A stretch of DNA of 64,000 nt, from NCBI GenBank assembly GCA_964016885.1, contig CAXHJY010000962.1:21682-85681 (forward strand), given 5' to 3'. Below the pieces are notes generated by a model, which was not told the origin of the DNA, searched no databases, and worked only from the letters and a program-made list of their open reading frames with translations. Each line of letters opens with the position of its first letter. Positions within the stretch are counted from its first letter, which is position 1. The position numbers and the translations under genes were made by a program. This document shows, one piece after another, positions 15,771-28,367 of the stretch. The stretch is from Eledone cirrhosa. Taxonomy: Eukaryota.

Positions 15771-16250
15771 TTATATATATATATATATAAAAGAAATAGG
15801 ATTTCGCTTCAAGCATAGCTTTATACAATATGTATAAATATTTCGTATTTCCATGGATTAATCCCCTCATTTACACAGACGAGAAAAGTATATATTCTCA
15901 GCTGTCTTCTAGTCTTCTAGTCCAGCAGTAGCAAGCGGTGGGAGGGACCGTCTTGACGATGGCCAGTTAAGCCTGAAATGCATAGACGGTTGTCCCCCTT
16001 GCTTCTGCTGGACATCACCAGAGGGCGTTAGCCCCCAGGTGTTTGCTACGGCTTTCTAAAACTGTATTTCTTTGGAGATACGAAATATTTATACATATAT
16101 ATATAAATATATATATTGCTCTACCTCCATTTCTTCTTTAAGTTTATCATATTATTTGTGGTATATAAACATTGAGATTTGATTAAATAAATCACTGCCA
16201 ATACTGGAATTGAACAATCAAGACCGCAGCGGTATGTCATATAATAAATC

Positions 16251-16323
16251 ATATATTTTGTCTGATGAGGACGCACTGAAAAAAAAAACACAGTACCTCT
16301 GAAATATATATAATAAAGTATAT
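16251..16323 (+). ncRNA. Hammerhead ribozyme (type I), AUA site
   Basis: atatattttgt CTGATGA ggacgcactg...cagtacctct GAAA tatat ATA ataaagtatat; 11-bp stem I; same family as 32764. Confidence 0.8.
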
Positions 16324-16363
16324 ATTTTGATTATGAGAATATTTTTCATTTGTTAATATTTTG

Positions 16364-16418
<55 letters not shown>

Positions 16419-16421
<3 letters not shown>

Positions 16422-16670
16422 CCCACTCTACTATCCTAAGTATTGAGTACTCTGGTGCGTTTTGGTCCATCTGGTTCCTTACCACACCTCCTTCCTTATC
16501 TAGCTCCTACCTCCGCAGTAGAGTATTTTCCGACCCTACCACGCCATATCCTGACTTTTCCACCCAGCTTCATGACCCTCACCATGCGAAAACACAATAT
16601 CGACTTCTTCTCCAAGAACATCCCAGTTCCACCGAGAAAATGTTATCTTCGGATGCTCACGAATGAATTT
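16419..16670 (+). mobile_element. PLE pLTR / ORF N-terminus remnant
   Basis: IDFFSKNIPVPPRKCYLRML resembles the KNIPIP N-terminal motif of Penelope ORFs; 16419-16490 recurs at 27328-27400. Confidence 0.5.
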
Positions 16671-17015
16671 TATCATATTTTATCTTATTCTATCTTATCA
16701 TATCATTTACACTTCTAATATAACTTGCAACTAATTAATCAAATCATTAATTAATTATATAATTAATTTATTAAAATAACCAATACACACATACATATAT
16801 TTAACATTATCATGTTTACACCTTCGTATGTCTCTATATTTTAACCACTCTCAATAACCACTTTCAATAATCTTAATATGTTTAAATTTCTTCCCACATT
16901 TTTACTTATTTTATATTATTTTCTATCATCCTCGATGTAATTTGTTTATTTATTTATATTTATTCATGTATTAACATTAATTCATTTATTGTTGTTATCA
17001 TTATTTTCCCTAGTA

Positions 17016-17206
17016 AGGGCGGTGGGTTGGCAGTATCGGTAGAGGGTCGGACGCCATGCTTTGACGCATTGGGTAACGGCCCTTGCCATTCTGAGTTCAA
17101 ATCCCGACGAGGTTAACTTTGCCTTTCATCCTTACGGGGTAGATAAAATAAAGTACCAGTAATACACTGAAAATTACTGGCCTTGTGCCAAAAGTAGAAA
17201 CAATTA
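17016..17206 (+). mobile_element. tRNA-derived SINE, full length, 12-bp TSD
   Basis: A/B boxes and core; ATTATTTTCCCT at 17000-17011 and 17203-17214. Confidence 0.9.
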
Positions 17207-17446
17207 TTTTCCCTCTATTTTTCCTTCTCTCTACCTTTATTTCTCCTTTCTCCTTTTTTCTCTCCTCTTTCTATCCTCCTTTCTCTATGTCTTTTTCGCT
17301 ATATATATCTCTCTGTTTTCCTTTCTCCTCTTTCTTTTTCCCTTTTTCTTTCTTTCGTTTATCTATCTCTATTTCTCTCTCTATATGTATTATTAATATT
17401 ATTAATGATGCTGTAATTTGAATTTATAAATCCAATGGATATCCTA

Positions 17447-17559
17447 ATTGTGTCTGATGATTTCATTAAGCTAACATCGTATGTAAAATTGAGTGGCATT
17501 GCTTCGAGTGTTCAGCAATTTTTAGACAACTGAATCAGTGAAACAATTGTTAGATAAAT
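17447..17559 (+). ncRNA. Hammerhead-like motif with long stem II
   Basis: CTGATGA (17454) ... GAAAC aatt GTT agataaat; imperfect stems. Confidence 0.5.
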
Positions 17560-17591
17560 CCCTTTTATGTACTGTTATTATTCACTTTTTC

Positions 17592-17660
<69 letters not shown>

Positions 17661-17904
17661 CAAATGAATACATGAGAGGGATGAACACTGATACAAGTAT
17701 ACATGTGTTCGAATCGTAAATGACCAAGTTAGCTAGGTTGAAAAATACTAATTTAAGATAATATGGTTTGCCTGTTTCGATTTAAAGTAATAAATCAATA
17801 AAAATAACAAACCTATATTCGGCAATCGCCGTTGATATCCAGACAGATTCAAAATCTGTTTCGCAACAATTATGAAGTGAAACTCACTATCCCTGTGCTA
17901 TTCT

Positions 17905-20520
17905 GGGTGCTCTATAGCAAGAAGCAAAATAGAATGGAGGCCCACCAACTGGGAGAAAAATCTGCAAATGGCTTGCGTAAGCTCATGCAGCGCTCACGTA
18001 ATGGTGAGATTGCATGCTTTCCAACAGACAAGTCTGGCAGAATGTCGGTTGACAGTCTGTCAAACTTCATCCAGGCAATGCAACCCCACATAACTAACAC
18101 TAGAGAAGTAACACCACAAGTGCATGAGGTTGGGAGAAAACCCACAATGCCCATATGATGATGTGGACAAACATAATGCATCCCAATAAACGGACTGCCA
18201 ACAACTTCCAGGCCTGGAACAATGACGTGCCAGCGTTGTATGTGCTTCCAAAGAACCATAAGACGAACAGTGACCCTGTCAAAGGACAACCAACACGGCC
18301 AGTCTGTGGATCTAACATTGCTAGTAACGACAGACTTTCCTACTTCCTCTCCCTGATCATACGCCCCATCATTGAAATGTCGCCGGATATATGACAGCAC
18401 GGAGCACCTCCTCAGCAGAATCAGCCAAAATAACCGATCTAGGGACCTAACAGACAGTATAATATGTAGTATGGATATAGTCTCCATATAGCCATCCATT
18501 GAAGTGGAGAAATGCGTAGAAATGATCAGTGAGAGTAATGTTGATTACGTGGGATTGATACCAGTGAGCTGGGACTCGTTCTTAAACTTACATATAGTAA
18601 TGATTATCTAGATACGTATGACCTTAGCAACCTCTGCCCCTCAAGGCCAGCAAGAGGCAGACCACCTACCATTACCTCAATGCCCAAGAAAACCCACACA
18701 GAAAGATGGAACGGGTGGACCAGAGCCATACGTACCCCCAAAAACCATGATGAACTGAAGAAAATGATTGCACATGCGGTGGGGGCCAATGTAAATCTAA
18801 CCCTTAAGGAACATATGTTCAAATTTAATGGAAAAACATATGCCCAAGAGGAGGGAGAAGCCATTGGTGTTAGCATTGCAGGTGACATAGCTAACCTATT
18901 CATGGTATGGTGGGACAATAAACTTAAAGAACAATTAGAAGACAGCAACCTCTTAACCCTGATAATATACTCTCGCTACGTTGATAATATAAACATCGTA
19001 GTAAAAACACCCCCACTAGAAAACAGTCAGGAATTAGAGAAACACACCATGGAAAGCATCCAGCAAATAACTAACTCCATCCACCAGAGTATTAGAGTAC
19101 TATAGAATACCGAAACAAACACTCCAACCATCGATTACCTGTACTAGACACAGAGCACTGGTTAGGAACCATTAATAACAAAAAACAAATCCTCCATTCC
19201 CATTATGCCAAACCCATGACTTCCAAATATCTGATCCACCGAAACTCAGCTGTTTCGGATCACACTAAAATCAACTGATTGTGGATTTAGTACGGGTGAT
19301 GAGAAACGTGTCCCGCATGTGCAACCCCAAAGAACTAGAGAGACACATACAACATTTCATCCACAGTATACAGTTCTCTGGTTACAATCAGAGAGATAAA
19401 ATCAGAGTATATAGAGGAACCGGAACCAAATGGGAAAAGAAAGGAAAATAATGATACAAATGGGACCTGCCCCTTGTATAGGAGCAAATTTTGGAATATA
19501 ATAGAAAGAACTAGGAATAAGGTTAATAGAATAAACTCATGGTATGATAGCAATAAATACCAGAGTGTAATGTTCATCAATACAACACCTAGAGGTGAAT
19601 TAGCTTACACATTTAGAGGGGCCCTAGATAAACTTAAACTAAATATTAAGATAGTAGAAAGACCAGGTACCTCCATAAAAACTCTTATTAGTAATACATA
19701 CCCTTTTCAAAGACCTCCCTGTATAGATAAGAAATGTATAATCTGTAAACTAAGCCCCCATATTAACTGTAAAACTAGAAGCATAGTATATAGCATAAGA
19801 TGTACTGAAGGACAATGTAAAGCTACGAATATGTGTACATAGGTGAGGCAGCTCGTAGTATAGGAGAACGATTAAATGAACAATGAGAGAGCTTCAAGAT
19901 AGAAAAGATTCACCAGTACTCCACCAACATGCTATAATAGAACATAAGGGCAAATTAGAGAACATAGAAATGAAAATAAGATCTGCACACGGAAAAGACG
20001 CAATGTTTAGACAAATCACAGAGGCAATAAACATAAATGAACTCCAACCAAAATTAAATAGAATACATGAATGGAACAGCAACATAACTTACAATTAAGG
20101 ACAAAATGAAAACACACACACATAGAACAAACAAACCAACCAGTAACATGTAAATAAACAAATAAATAAACAAATAAAAACACACACAGACACCCGGATG
20201 TAACACATGCGCAAACTAAGCACGCAACACACACAAAAACAAGATGGCGTAGGACAGAACAAAAGAGAAGCACAAAACAAAGAGAAGAATCCCCATCTTG
20301 ACAATATATGAACAACCGTCCGGTTGTGGAACCAACGAACAAACCGGAAATTTATGAATTCTTAAGTTCATAAATTTAATTCATAATAAATTGGATTGAA
20401 AGCCTCTGGTGCGTATGTTTCTTATTGGCAACATGACCTTCCCAAAGTATAACAATATCGGTTTCATCACACGATTTTAGATAAAGGATTTTGCTAAACA
20501 AATTCAGAAACGAAATATAT
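17905..20520 (+). mobile_element. PLE family A, longest copy: RT + C-terminal GIY-YIG + 3' pLTR (frameshifts and stops)
   Basis: PTDKSGRM, LYVLPKNHK, PTRPVCGS, GEAIGVSIAGDIANLFMVWWD, YSRYVDN, CKTRSIVYSIRC, LHQHAIIEH, RQITEAININ. Confidence 0.92.
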
Positions 20521-20529
20521 GTAAATACT

Positions 20530-21098
20530 GTATAATATATGTATATATATATATATATAATATATGTATATATATATATATATATAATATATGTATATAT
20601 ATATATAATATATGTATATATATATAATATATTTTTATATATATAATATATGTATGTATATATAATATATGTATATATAATATATATATATAATATATGT
20701 ATATATATATAATATATATATATATATGTATATATATATAATATATGTATATGTATATAATATATGTATATATATATATAATATATGTATATATATATAA
20801 TATACGTATATATATATATATAATATATGTATATATATATAATATATGTATATATATATAATATATTTATATATATATAATATATGTATATATATATAAT
20901 ATATATATATATAATATATTTATATATATATAATATATTTATATATATATAATATATGTATATATATATAATATTTGTATATATATATAATATATATATA
21001 ATATATATAATATATGTTATATATATATAATATATATATAATATATATAATATATGTATATATATATATAATATATGTATATATATATATAATATATG

Positions 21099-21132
<34 letters not shown>

Positions 21133-21211
21133 ATATATGTATATATAATATATATATATACATATATACATATAATATATATATAATATATGTATATATA
21201 ATATATATATA

Positions 21212-21242
<31 letters not shown>

Positions 21243-21450
21243 AACGGAAAAAATGAAACGAAATTTATATATATATATATGTATATATATATAATATATG
21301 TATATATATAAGGTATATATATATATGTGTATACATATATATATATAATATGTATAATATGTATATTTATATATATATATATAATATATGCATATATATA
21401 TATATATAATACATGTATATATGTATGTATATATATATATATATATATAT
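20530..21450. repeat. TA-rich microsatellite/minisatellite
   Basis: (TA)n with periodic ATAATATATGT units. Confidence 0.95.
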
Positions 21451-21672
21451 TTATTAAAATGACAGATTAAAGTTTAAGCAAATAATCGCAGCATTCACCC
21501 TTAACGGGATCTTCTGAAACTAACAGTTTTTTTTTCTGAAACTAACAGAATTATATATATACATATATCATATATATATATACATATATATATATATGTT
21601 AGTTTCAGAAGATTCAGATAAGGGTGAAAGCAGCGATTCTTTGCTTAATCTTTAATCTGTTATTTTAATAAA
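21450..21672. repeat. Fold-back element with degenerate HHR-like arms
   Basis: 21450-21525 inverted at 21598-21672 (CAGAAGA...GAAAG...CTT); third copy at ~28380-28450. Confidence 0.75.
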
Positions 21673-21787
21673 TATTTGCTTTACGGTTCTTTTATATTTG
21701 ATATATATTTATCCTTATCGAGCCCTCTTTGGATTTTACTCTTCACATTTATTATTATTATTATTATATAATATGTGTGTGAGTGTG

Positions 21788-21928
21788 TTCTGAGTTCAAA
21801 TCCCGCCGAGGTTAACTTTGCCTTTCATCCTTACGGGGGTCGATAAAATAAAGTACCAGTAATACACTGGGTAATTTGCTGGCCTTGTGCCTACTGTAGA
21901 AACAATTATTATTATTATATAATAATAT

Positions 21929-21974
<46 letters not shown>

Positions 21975-22137
21975 TTTATAAATACATATATTATATACAT
22001 ATATACATATATTATATAAGGGCGGTGGATTGGCAGTATCGGTAGAGGCTCGGACGCCATCCTTACGTAGTCGATAAAATAAAGTACCAGTAATGCACTG
22101 GGTAATTGCTGGCCTTGTGCCAAACGTAGAAACAATT
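21788..22137 (+). mobile_element. Two SINE copies (21788-21908 5'-truncated; 22020-22137 internally deleted)
   Basis: Match the window SINE consensus. Confidence 0.85.
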
Positions 22138-22148
22138 CTTCTTCTTAT

Positions 22149-22180
<32 letters not shown>

Positions 22181-22448
22181 CATGTATATCGTGGGAGAGA
22201 ACGAGAGGGGGAGAGAAAAACTTACGAGAACCTGTGAACTTATTGGTGATATAGTAGGAAGGCGAATACGTAGCTTGACTGTATATTATGTGACCTACAT
22301 TTCTAATTAGCGGTGAGGACAACACGGTTTCATTCTCTGCCTAATTATACGTCATTTTACACCTTTTTACCCTCCCCCACCCACGTCTGAGACCTGGAAA
22401 GGAAGTAGGACGGATTCACTGCCCTTCCCTCCTCGACTAAATAAACAA

Positions 22449-22534
<86 letters not shown>

Positions 22535-22983
22535 AACAAATGTACAAAAAAACAGACAAACAAAGAACAATATAAAAGAGATTAGAATGACAAAGTCATT
22601 AGGAATGGTGATAAAGACATCAACATCAACAACAACAACAGCAACGAGACATATTTGATAAACTAGAAAATAAGTAATGATGATATTGCAATTAATTAAT
22701 GTGAAAAGATTATAGCAAATATATATCAAAAGAAAAAAAAACGTCTATTATATGCTTTTTTGGTGGCTCTATGATGGCCGATGTTACTAAATATTCCTAA
22801 TATATAGGTTTGACTGAACGTCACGAAGGCTGCGTGTTTGTTACATTGTGAATTACAGTACATTATGGCTATCGATAATTCATTAGTATATCATTGTTAG
22901 ATGCAATGAAATACATATAGCTAGAAATCAAATCTATTTCCTACACGAGACATCGATTGAGATTCTATGTGGTCATATCTCAC

Positions 22984-23173
22984 CTAAGTTGATATCTCTG
23001 ATCGAACCAAGGAAGCATTGATATGCAAGATATCTCGTACTATAAATAATGATTGTATTTCCAAAATATGGCCTGGTACAGAACAATTTCTGTTTTGCGT
23101 ATTTAAAGACATATCTATTTTGGTTAGGGAAAATCTGTTCTGGGAAGAACACTGCACCTTCCGCCAGGAGTTC
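22984..23173 (-). other. Candidate spliced exon (190 nt)
   Basis: Acceptor ttcttgccgtag|G, donor AG|gtgaga; one frame open throughout, a second ends in TAG at the donor; no recognised homology. Confidence 0.25.
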
Positions 23174-23200
23174 CTACGGCAAGAAGTATAATAGCAATTG

Positions 23201-23263
<63 letters not shown>

Positions 23264-23414
23264 AATAAAATGCTGTAGTTTACTGGAAGCATTGTATATT
23301 ATATATAATGGGGAAAGAGATAGAAGGCTAAACAATGCAAAATGGATGAAAAGAGGAGGTAAAGAAAAAGTAAGTTACCTTGTAACCTTTTCTTTTTTTT
23401 GCTGTTGTTTTTTT

Positions 23415-23458
23415 CGTCCTAATATTTCGGGACTTAAAATTCCCTTCTTCAGAGTATA
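23415..23458 (-). ncRNA. Minimal hammerhead-like motif, weak stem I
   Basis: rc: act CTGAAGA agggaattttaagtccc GAAAT ATT agg. Confidence 0.45.
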
Positions 23459-23789
23459 AGGATCTTTCAGAGAATAGTCTTCCGGTTTCTTCTCTTTCTG
23501 ATAAAATTTAGATTTATACAATGGAAATACAGTGGTGGTATAAAATCTAAGTAATTATACCAGTTAGTATTAAGTTATACATGGCCTGGGCCAATACTGG
23601 TCGAAAACCTTCAAAGTTATCAAAGCTATACAAACTGTATCAAAGATTATATAAATTGCTAAACACTTTCGCTAATTACTGTAACGATCGCAAACGACCG
23701 AAATGGGTTTCCGCCGGAGGGCCTTTTGAATAACGTTACGTGATAGAGTGCCTAGGTCGGTCGGAGATGAGAGAGTCACTCCAGGTCGA

Positions 23790-24022
23790 GCCACTGTTTC
23801 TACGGATTGAGAGATCACAGCTCCGATAATACGGGCATGTGGTCAGAACCTCAAAAGAAAGAAACGCTGTACAGATTTGGTTGGAGCTCGGCTGCTTTCG
23901 ATTGAGGATCCAGTCAAATCAATTAGAGATGCTTGCTTCTGACAGGGCCTGCTGGAAATACAAGACCCTCCAAAGAATAAGTGGGCGAAGAAGAAGAAGA
24001 AGAAGAAGAAGAAGAAGAAGAA
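23790..24022 (+). mobile_element. RTE-like LINE 3' tail remnant with (GAA)n
   Basis: Degenerate ..GHVVR..; LEMLASDRACW; ends in GAA repeats. Confidence 0.5.
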
Positions 24023-24357
24023 ATACTAGGTCGGAATACAAAAGAACCAAACTCCCAGTCACTGCCTCCGTATTTCCCGCTCTCCTCATCTCTCACTATT
24101 ATCTTGGTTTCCTTTTATAGGGTCTAGCGGCTTGATTCTAGCATATTGCAAGCTTTCTGGTCAGTTTTCTTCTACCAATTCCGTCACCCAATTACACTGC
24201 AGGTCACCATGGTTGTCCGACAGAATGAGGTCATCCTGTTCTTCAAACTATTTGTAATACATTTCTAAATACTGTATAATGAAGACACAAGGTTTATTAA
24301 ACGGAAAAGGAAAATTGATCGAGTAGCCCTTGTATGTATATGTATGTATATATATAT

Positions 24358-26030
24358 GAAGCTCTACCAGAGTCGCAATCGGGCTTTCGGGCTGGGCGTG
24401 GCACTGTGATCTTTACAGCCAGACAATTGCAGGAAAAGTGTGTTGAGCAGAATGAGGATCTCTACCAGGTGTTTGTTGATCTGACAAAGGTGTTTGACGG
24501 TCAACAGAAAGGCTTTATGGGATATCTTGAGGAAGCTGGGGTGCCCTGAGAAGTTTGTTTCCATTTTGCGTTTGTTTCATGATGACATAAAGGCATGGGT
24601 AAATGTTGGTGGAAAGCTCTCTGAGCCGGTGACGGTCGAGAATGGAGTCAAACAGGGTGACATCTCAGCTCCAACGCTCTTTGCTTTGTATTTCTCCATT
24701 GTCTTCGAACAGGCCTTCGGGAACTGCAATCACGGTATATATGTTCGCTATCGATCAACTGGAAAGCTATTTAAAGTCAGGAGGTTCAATGCTAAATCAA
24801 AGGTTCACTTGTCACTAATCAGGGATTTGATTTATGCAGATGACTGAGACCTGGTAGCGCACACGGAGATTGATATGCAGCATCTCTTGGATGCATTTTC
24901 TAATGCGTGCACTGCATTGGGATTTACCATAAGCCTGAATAAGACAGTAGCCATGTACCAACCAGCCCCTGGGAAGCCATGTTGTGAGCCCAACATCTTG
25001 GTTTATGGTGAAAGGCTAAGGTTTGTATATCTTGGAAGCACTCTGAGTATGTCATGCGATCTTGATGGGGTAATATCAAACACGATACAGAAAGCCAGTG
25101 ATGCTTTTGGAAAACTGAACAAGCGTCTCTGGTCTCAACACGGAATTTCGGTAAAGACAAAGCTCAAAGTGTATCTTGCGTGTGTGCTCGCGGCACTTCT
25201 TTATGCTTGTGAGACGTGGGTGGTCTACCGTAGACAGATGAAGCGACTTGAGAGGTTCCACTAGTACTGCTTACGTCGGATCCTCGGCATAACTTGGCAA
25301 ATGTTTGTCAGTGACGTCGAGCTTCTGGACGGAAGTGGCTGTGATAGTGTCCAGTCCTTGATTTTGAAACATCAGCTGCGCTGGACAGGCCATCTTGTAA
25401 GGATGAATGACAAGCGAATGCCGAAGCAGCTGCTTTATGGCGAGCTCCAAATGGGAAAAAGGAACGCGAGAAACCTAAGATGCGTTTTAAGGACTGCATC
25501 AAGGGGGCGCTCAAGAAAAGTAACATCTCTTGTGAGCACTGGGAAGCATGCGCAGTAGCGACCGATCGCATTGGAGGAAAGCAGTGGCTAGTGGCAAGAG
25601 TCTAATTGAGGAAACAAGAGGAAGGCACGTGACACTAAAAAGAGATGTCCCGAAAGGAATCCATGTTGGCCTTCCCGAAGGAACTGACAGACGGCCTGAC
25701 CTGACATGTGAGACCTGTAATAGGGTTTGTCTGAGCATGGCAGGTCTAAAGAGTCACCAGAGAGTGCACAAGAACAGGGAAGCAGGCACCTGTGAAGCTA
25801 TAAGTGTTCATCAGACGACGACATGTGATGTTTGTGGAAGGGTATGCAGGTCGAGTAGTGATCTCACACGACACCTTGGGTCACATGGTACCAAGGGCCC
25901 AGCACTAGGTGTCAATAATTGTCACAAGTGTCGTGTTTGTACCAAAGATTTCAAGTCGCTGGCTGGAGTAAAAAGCCACACTCGTTCAGCGCATAGGTAG
26001 GGGTTCTCTTAAATGGATATAAAGTAGTGG
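24358..26030 (+). mobile_element. RTE (BovB-like) LINE, 5'-truncated, RT + three C-terminal C2H2 fingers
   Basis: [68 protein letters not shown]; stops and frameshifts. Confidence 0.93.
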
Positions 26031-26339
26031 CTGTACTCGAAAACGAGTTGTATGTATATATATATATGCATACCCATATGTATGTCTGTATGTATGTATA
26101 TATGGGTGTATATATGTTTGTATGTATATATGGGTGCATGTATCTATGTATATATGTATGTTTGTATGTATGTATTTATGCATGTATGTATGTTTGTATG
26201 TATGTATGTATGCATGTATGTGTGCATATTTATTTTCAAAATTCATTTTCAATATTTAAAAGTTATCTTTTGAGACGAAGCCATGTTAAATAAATCTGTC
26301 TAATTTAAACACCAGCTAGATATTTAGAGGAAGACGGAG

Positions 26340-26705
26340 GCTACTAATATCGACCCCCAGTACTTTACTGGTTCACTCATTTATAGAGTCCTGACAACAA
26401 AAACATAAGTTGACCTCGGCTGAACACGACCTCAGAAGATAGTAAAACATGAACCGATTCTCCTAATCCGCCACACTTTATATTAAACAAATATTTGATA
26501 CTACATTTGGCAGAAGGACAGCAATTTGACCCCAGTATTTTACTGGCACTATATGTACATTACTGGTGCTTTATTTTATCGACTCCTTAAGGATGAAAGT
26601 GAAACTTAACCTCGGTGGGATTTGAACTCAGAACGTAAATGGCCGTAACTCTATGCCACAAAGCATGTTGTGCGATATTCTACTGACACTGCCAATCCAC
26701 AGCCT
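26340..26705 (-). mobile_element. Two degenerate SINE copies
   Basis: TTTTATCGACTCCTTAAGGATGAAAG...GGATTTGAACTCAG...CTGCCAATCCAC. Confidence 0.75.
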
Positions 26706-27029
26706 TGTACTATACCCATAATAACGCGATATTCCTCAGTATGGATTTGAAATTGTGTCTCATGCATAGTTCTAGTTGACAGTTTGTTTTAACTAATACT
26801 AGCAGAATGGCCCGGCGTTGCTCGGGATTTGCTATAGGGCTCTTCTATATTTGATATATATTTATCCTTATCGAGCCTCGTGAAATAGATACTTTTATTT
26901 ATATTTTGTTATTGTGTATGCAAAAATATCTGTAACGAACATATATATATATATATTTGCTTATAGTGGTAGTACACTGGAAGGTAATATCCGTAATGGT
27001 AGAGCACTCAGTCCCTGGGACGAGTTGGG

Positions 27030-27180
27030 TAGAAGTGGTTACACAACAGTTAGTTCTCCATACCGAGAACAATTGTTTCACCTTGGCGGATCCTCAGCTC
27101 GGAAGATCCGAGCTGAGGGCCCGCTAAGGTGAAACAATTGTTCTCAGTATGGTGAACTAACTGTTGTGTAACCACTTCTA
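27030..27180. repeat. Fold-back element with an HHR in each arm
   Basis: 3-nt loop at 27104-27106; - arm: ccgag CTGAGGA tccgccaaggt GAAAC aatt GTT ctcgg (27063-27102); + arm has CTGAGGG. Confidence 0.88.
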
Positions 27181-27220
27181 TATATATATATATATATATG
27201 AAAATCTACGAACCCAACGG

Positions 27221-27304
27221 CAGAGCTCAAGCCGTTTCGACGGCTATTTCTGGACTAAAATCATTTTTAGTCCAGAAATAGCCGTCGAAATGTCTTGAGC
27301 TCTG
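27221..27304. repeat. Near-perfect 84-bp hairpin joined to a PLE pLTR segment
   Basis: gacggctatttctggactaaaa/ttttagtccagaaatagccgtc flanked by GAAA; continues into sequence shared with 16419. Confidence 0.85.
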
Positions 27305-27958
27305 ACGTCGGGTCATGCATTTTCCATTTACCCACTCTACTACCCTAAGTATTGAGTACTCTGGTGCGTAATGGTCCATCTGGTTCCTTACCACATCTCC
27401 TTCGTTATATATATATATATAACTGAACAAAAAAGCAAAACGAACACAGACATATACATATATGTCCTCAAATCATATATATACATGTATGCATAAATAC
27501 ATACATACAAACATACATATATATATACATACATACACCCATATATACATACAAACATACATATACCCATATATACATACATACAGACATACATATATAT
27601 ATAGGTATGCATATATGCATGCATATATATATATATATACATACATATATATATCTCAATATTCTAGCTCATCAGCGGGTGAAGAATTATTAGTATCCTG
27701 GTCACTTCTAAGTATATTAAAAAAACTGGATAGTGTGAGTATATATAATGCACCTGGTGCCGGCACTTAGCGTGTCTCGCAAACTCAAGCCACTAAAAAT
27801 AGCAGCCGGGTTTACTCGACATTTGAATTAGCTCGACGAATTAACGGAGTCGAATATATCAAAAGCATGTATTGAGTTAGAAACTCAAAATAGTCTCTTA
27901 ATATAAAATTAGCTCCAGGAAAAATATACTTAGAAGTGAAGAGGATACCAATAATTCT

Positions 27959-28040
27959 TCACCCGCTGATGAGCTAAAATTTTGGTATTCCTCTTCACAA
28001 TTAATATTGCGAAACAGTATTATCAAAACGGTCCGGGTGA
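27959..28040 (+). ncRNA. Hammerhead ribozyme (type I), GUC site
   Basis: tcacccg CTGATGA gc...gc GAAAC agtattatcaaaacg GTC cgggtga; perfect 7-bp GC-rich stem I. Confidence 0.8.
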
Positions 28041-28301
28041 TTGGTAGTTAACACAATTCTGGTTTATATTTATTTTTCTTGATTTATTCTTAAATTAAAT
28101 CGAGCAAACCTTATTGTCTGTAGTTAGTATTCTTTTCACCTTAGCGATTCTGTTCCCTTATGATTTGAGCCCATATATGTATATATCTGTGTTCGTTTTT
28201 CTTTTTTGTTCAGTTATATTATACGGCTCGCAAAAACCTCTTTCCTAGAGCTAATTTTGTTGTAAGAGACTATTTTGAGTTTCTAACTCAATACATGCCT
28301 T

Positions 28302-28367
<66 letters not shown>

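Noticed and set aside
25548-26000. Stand-alone C2H2 transcription factor gene
   Set aside because: Contiguous with and downstream of a broken RTE reverse transcriptase
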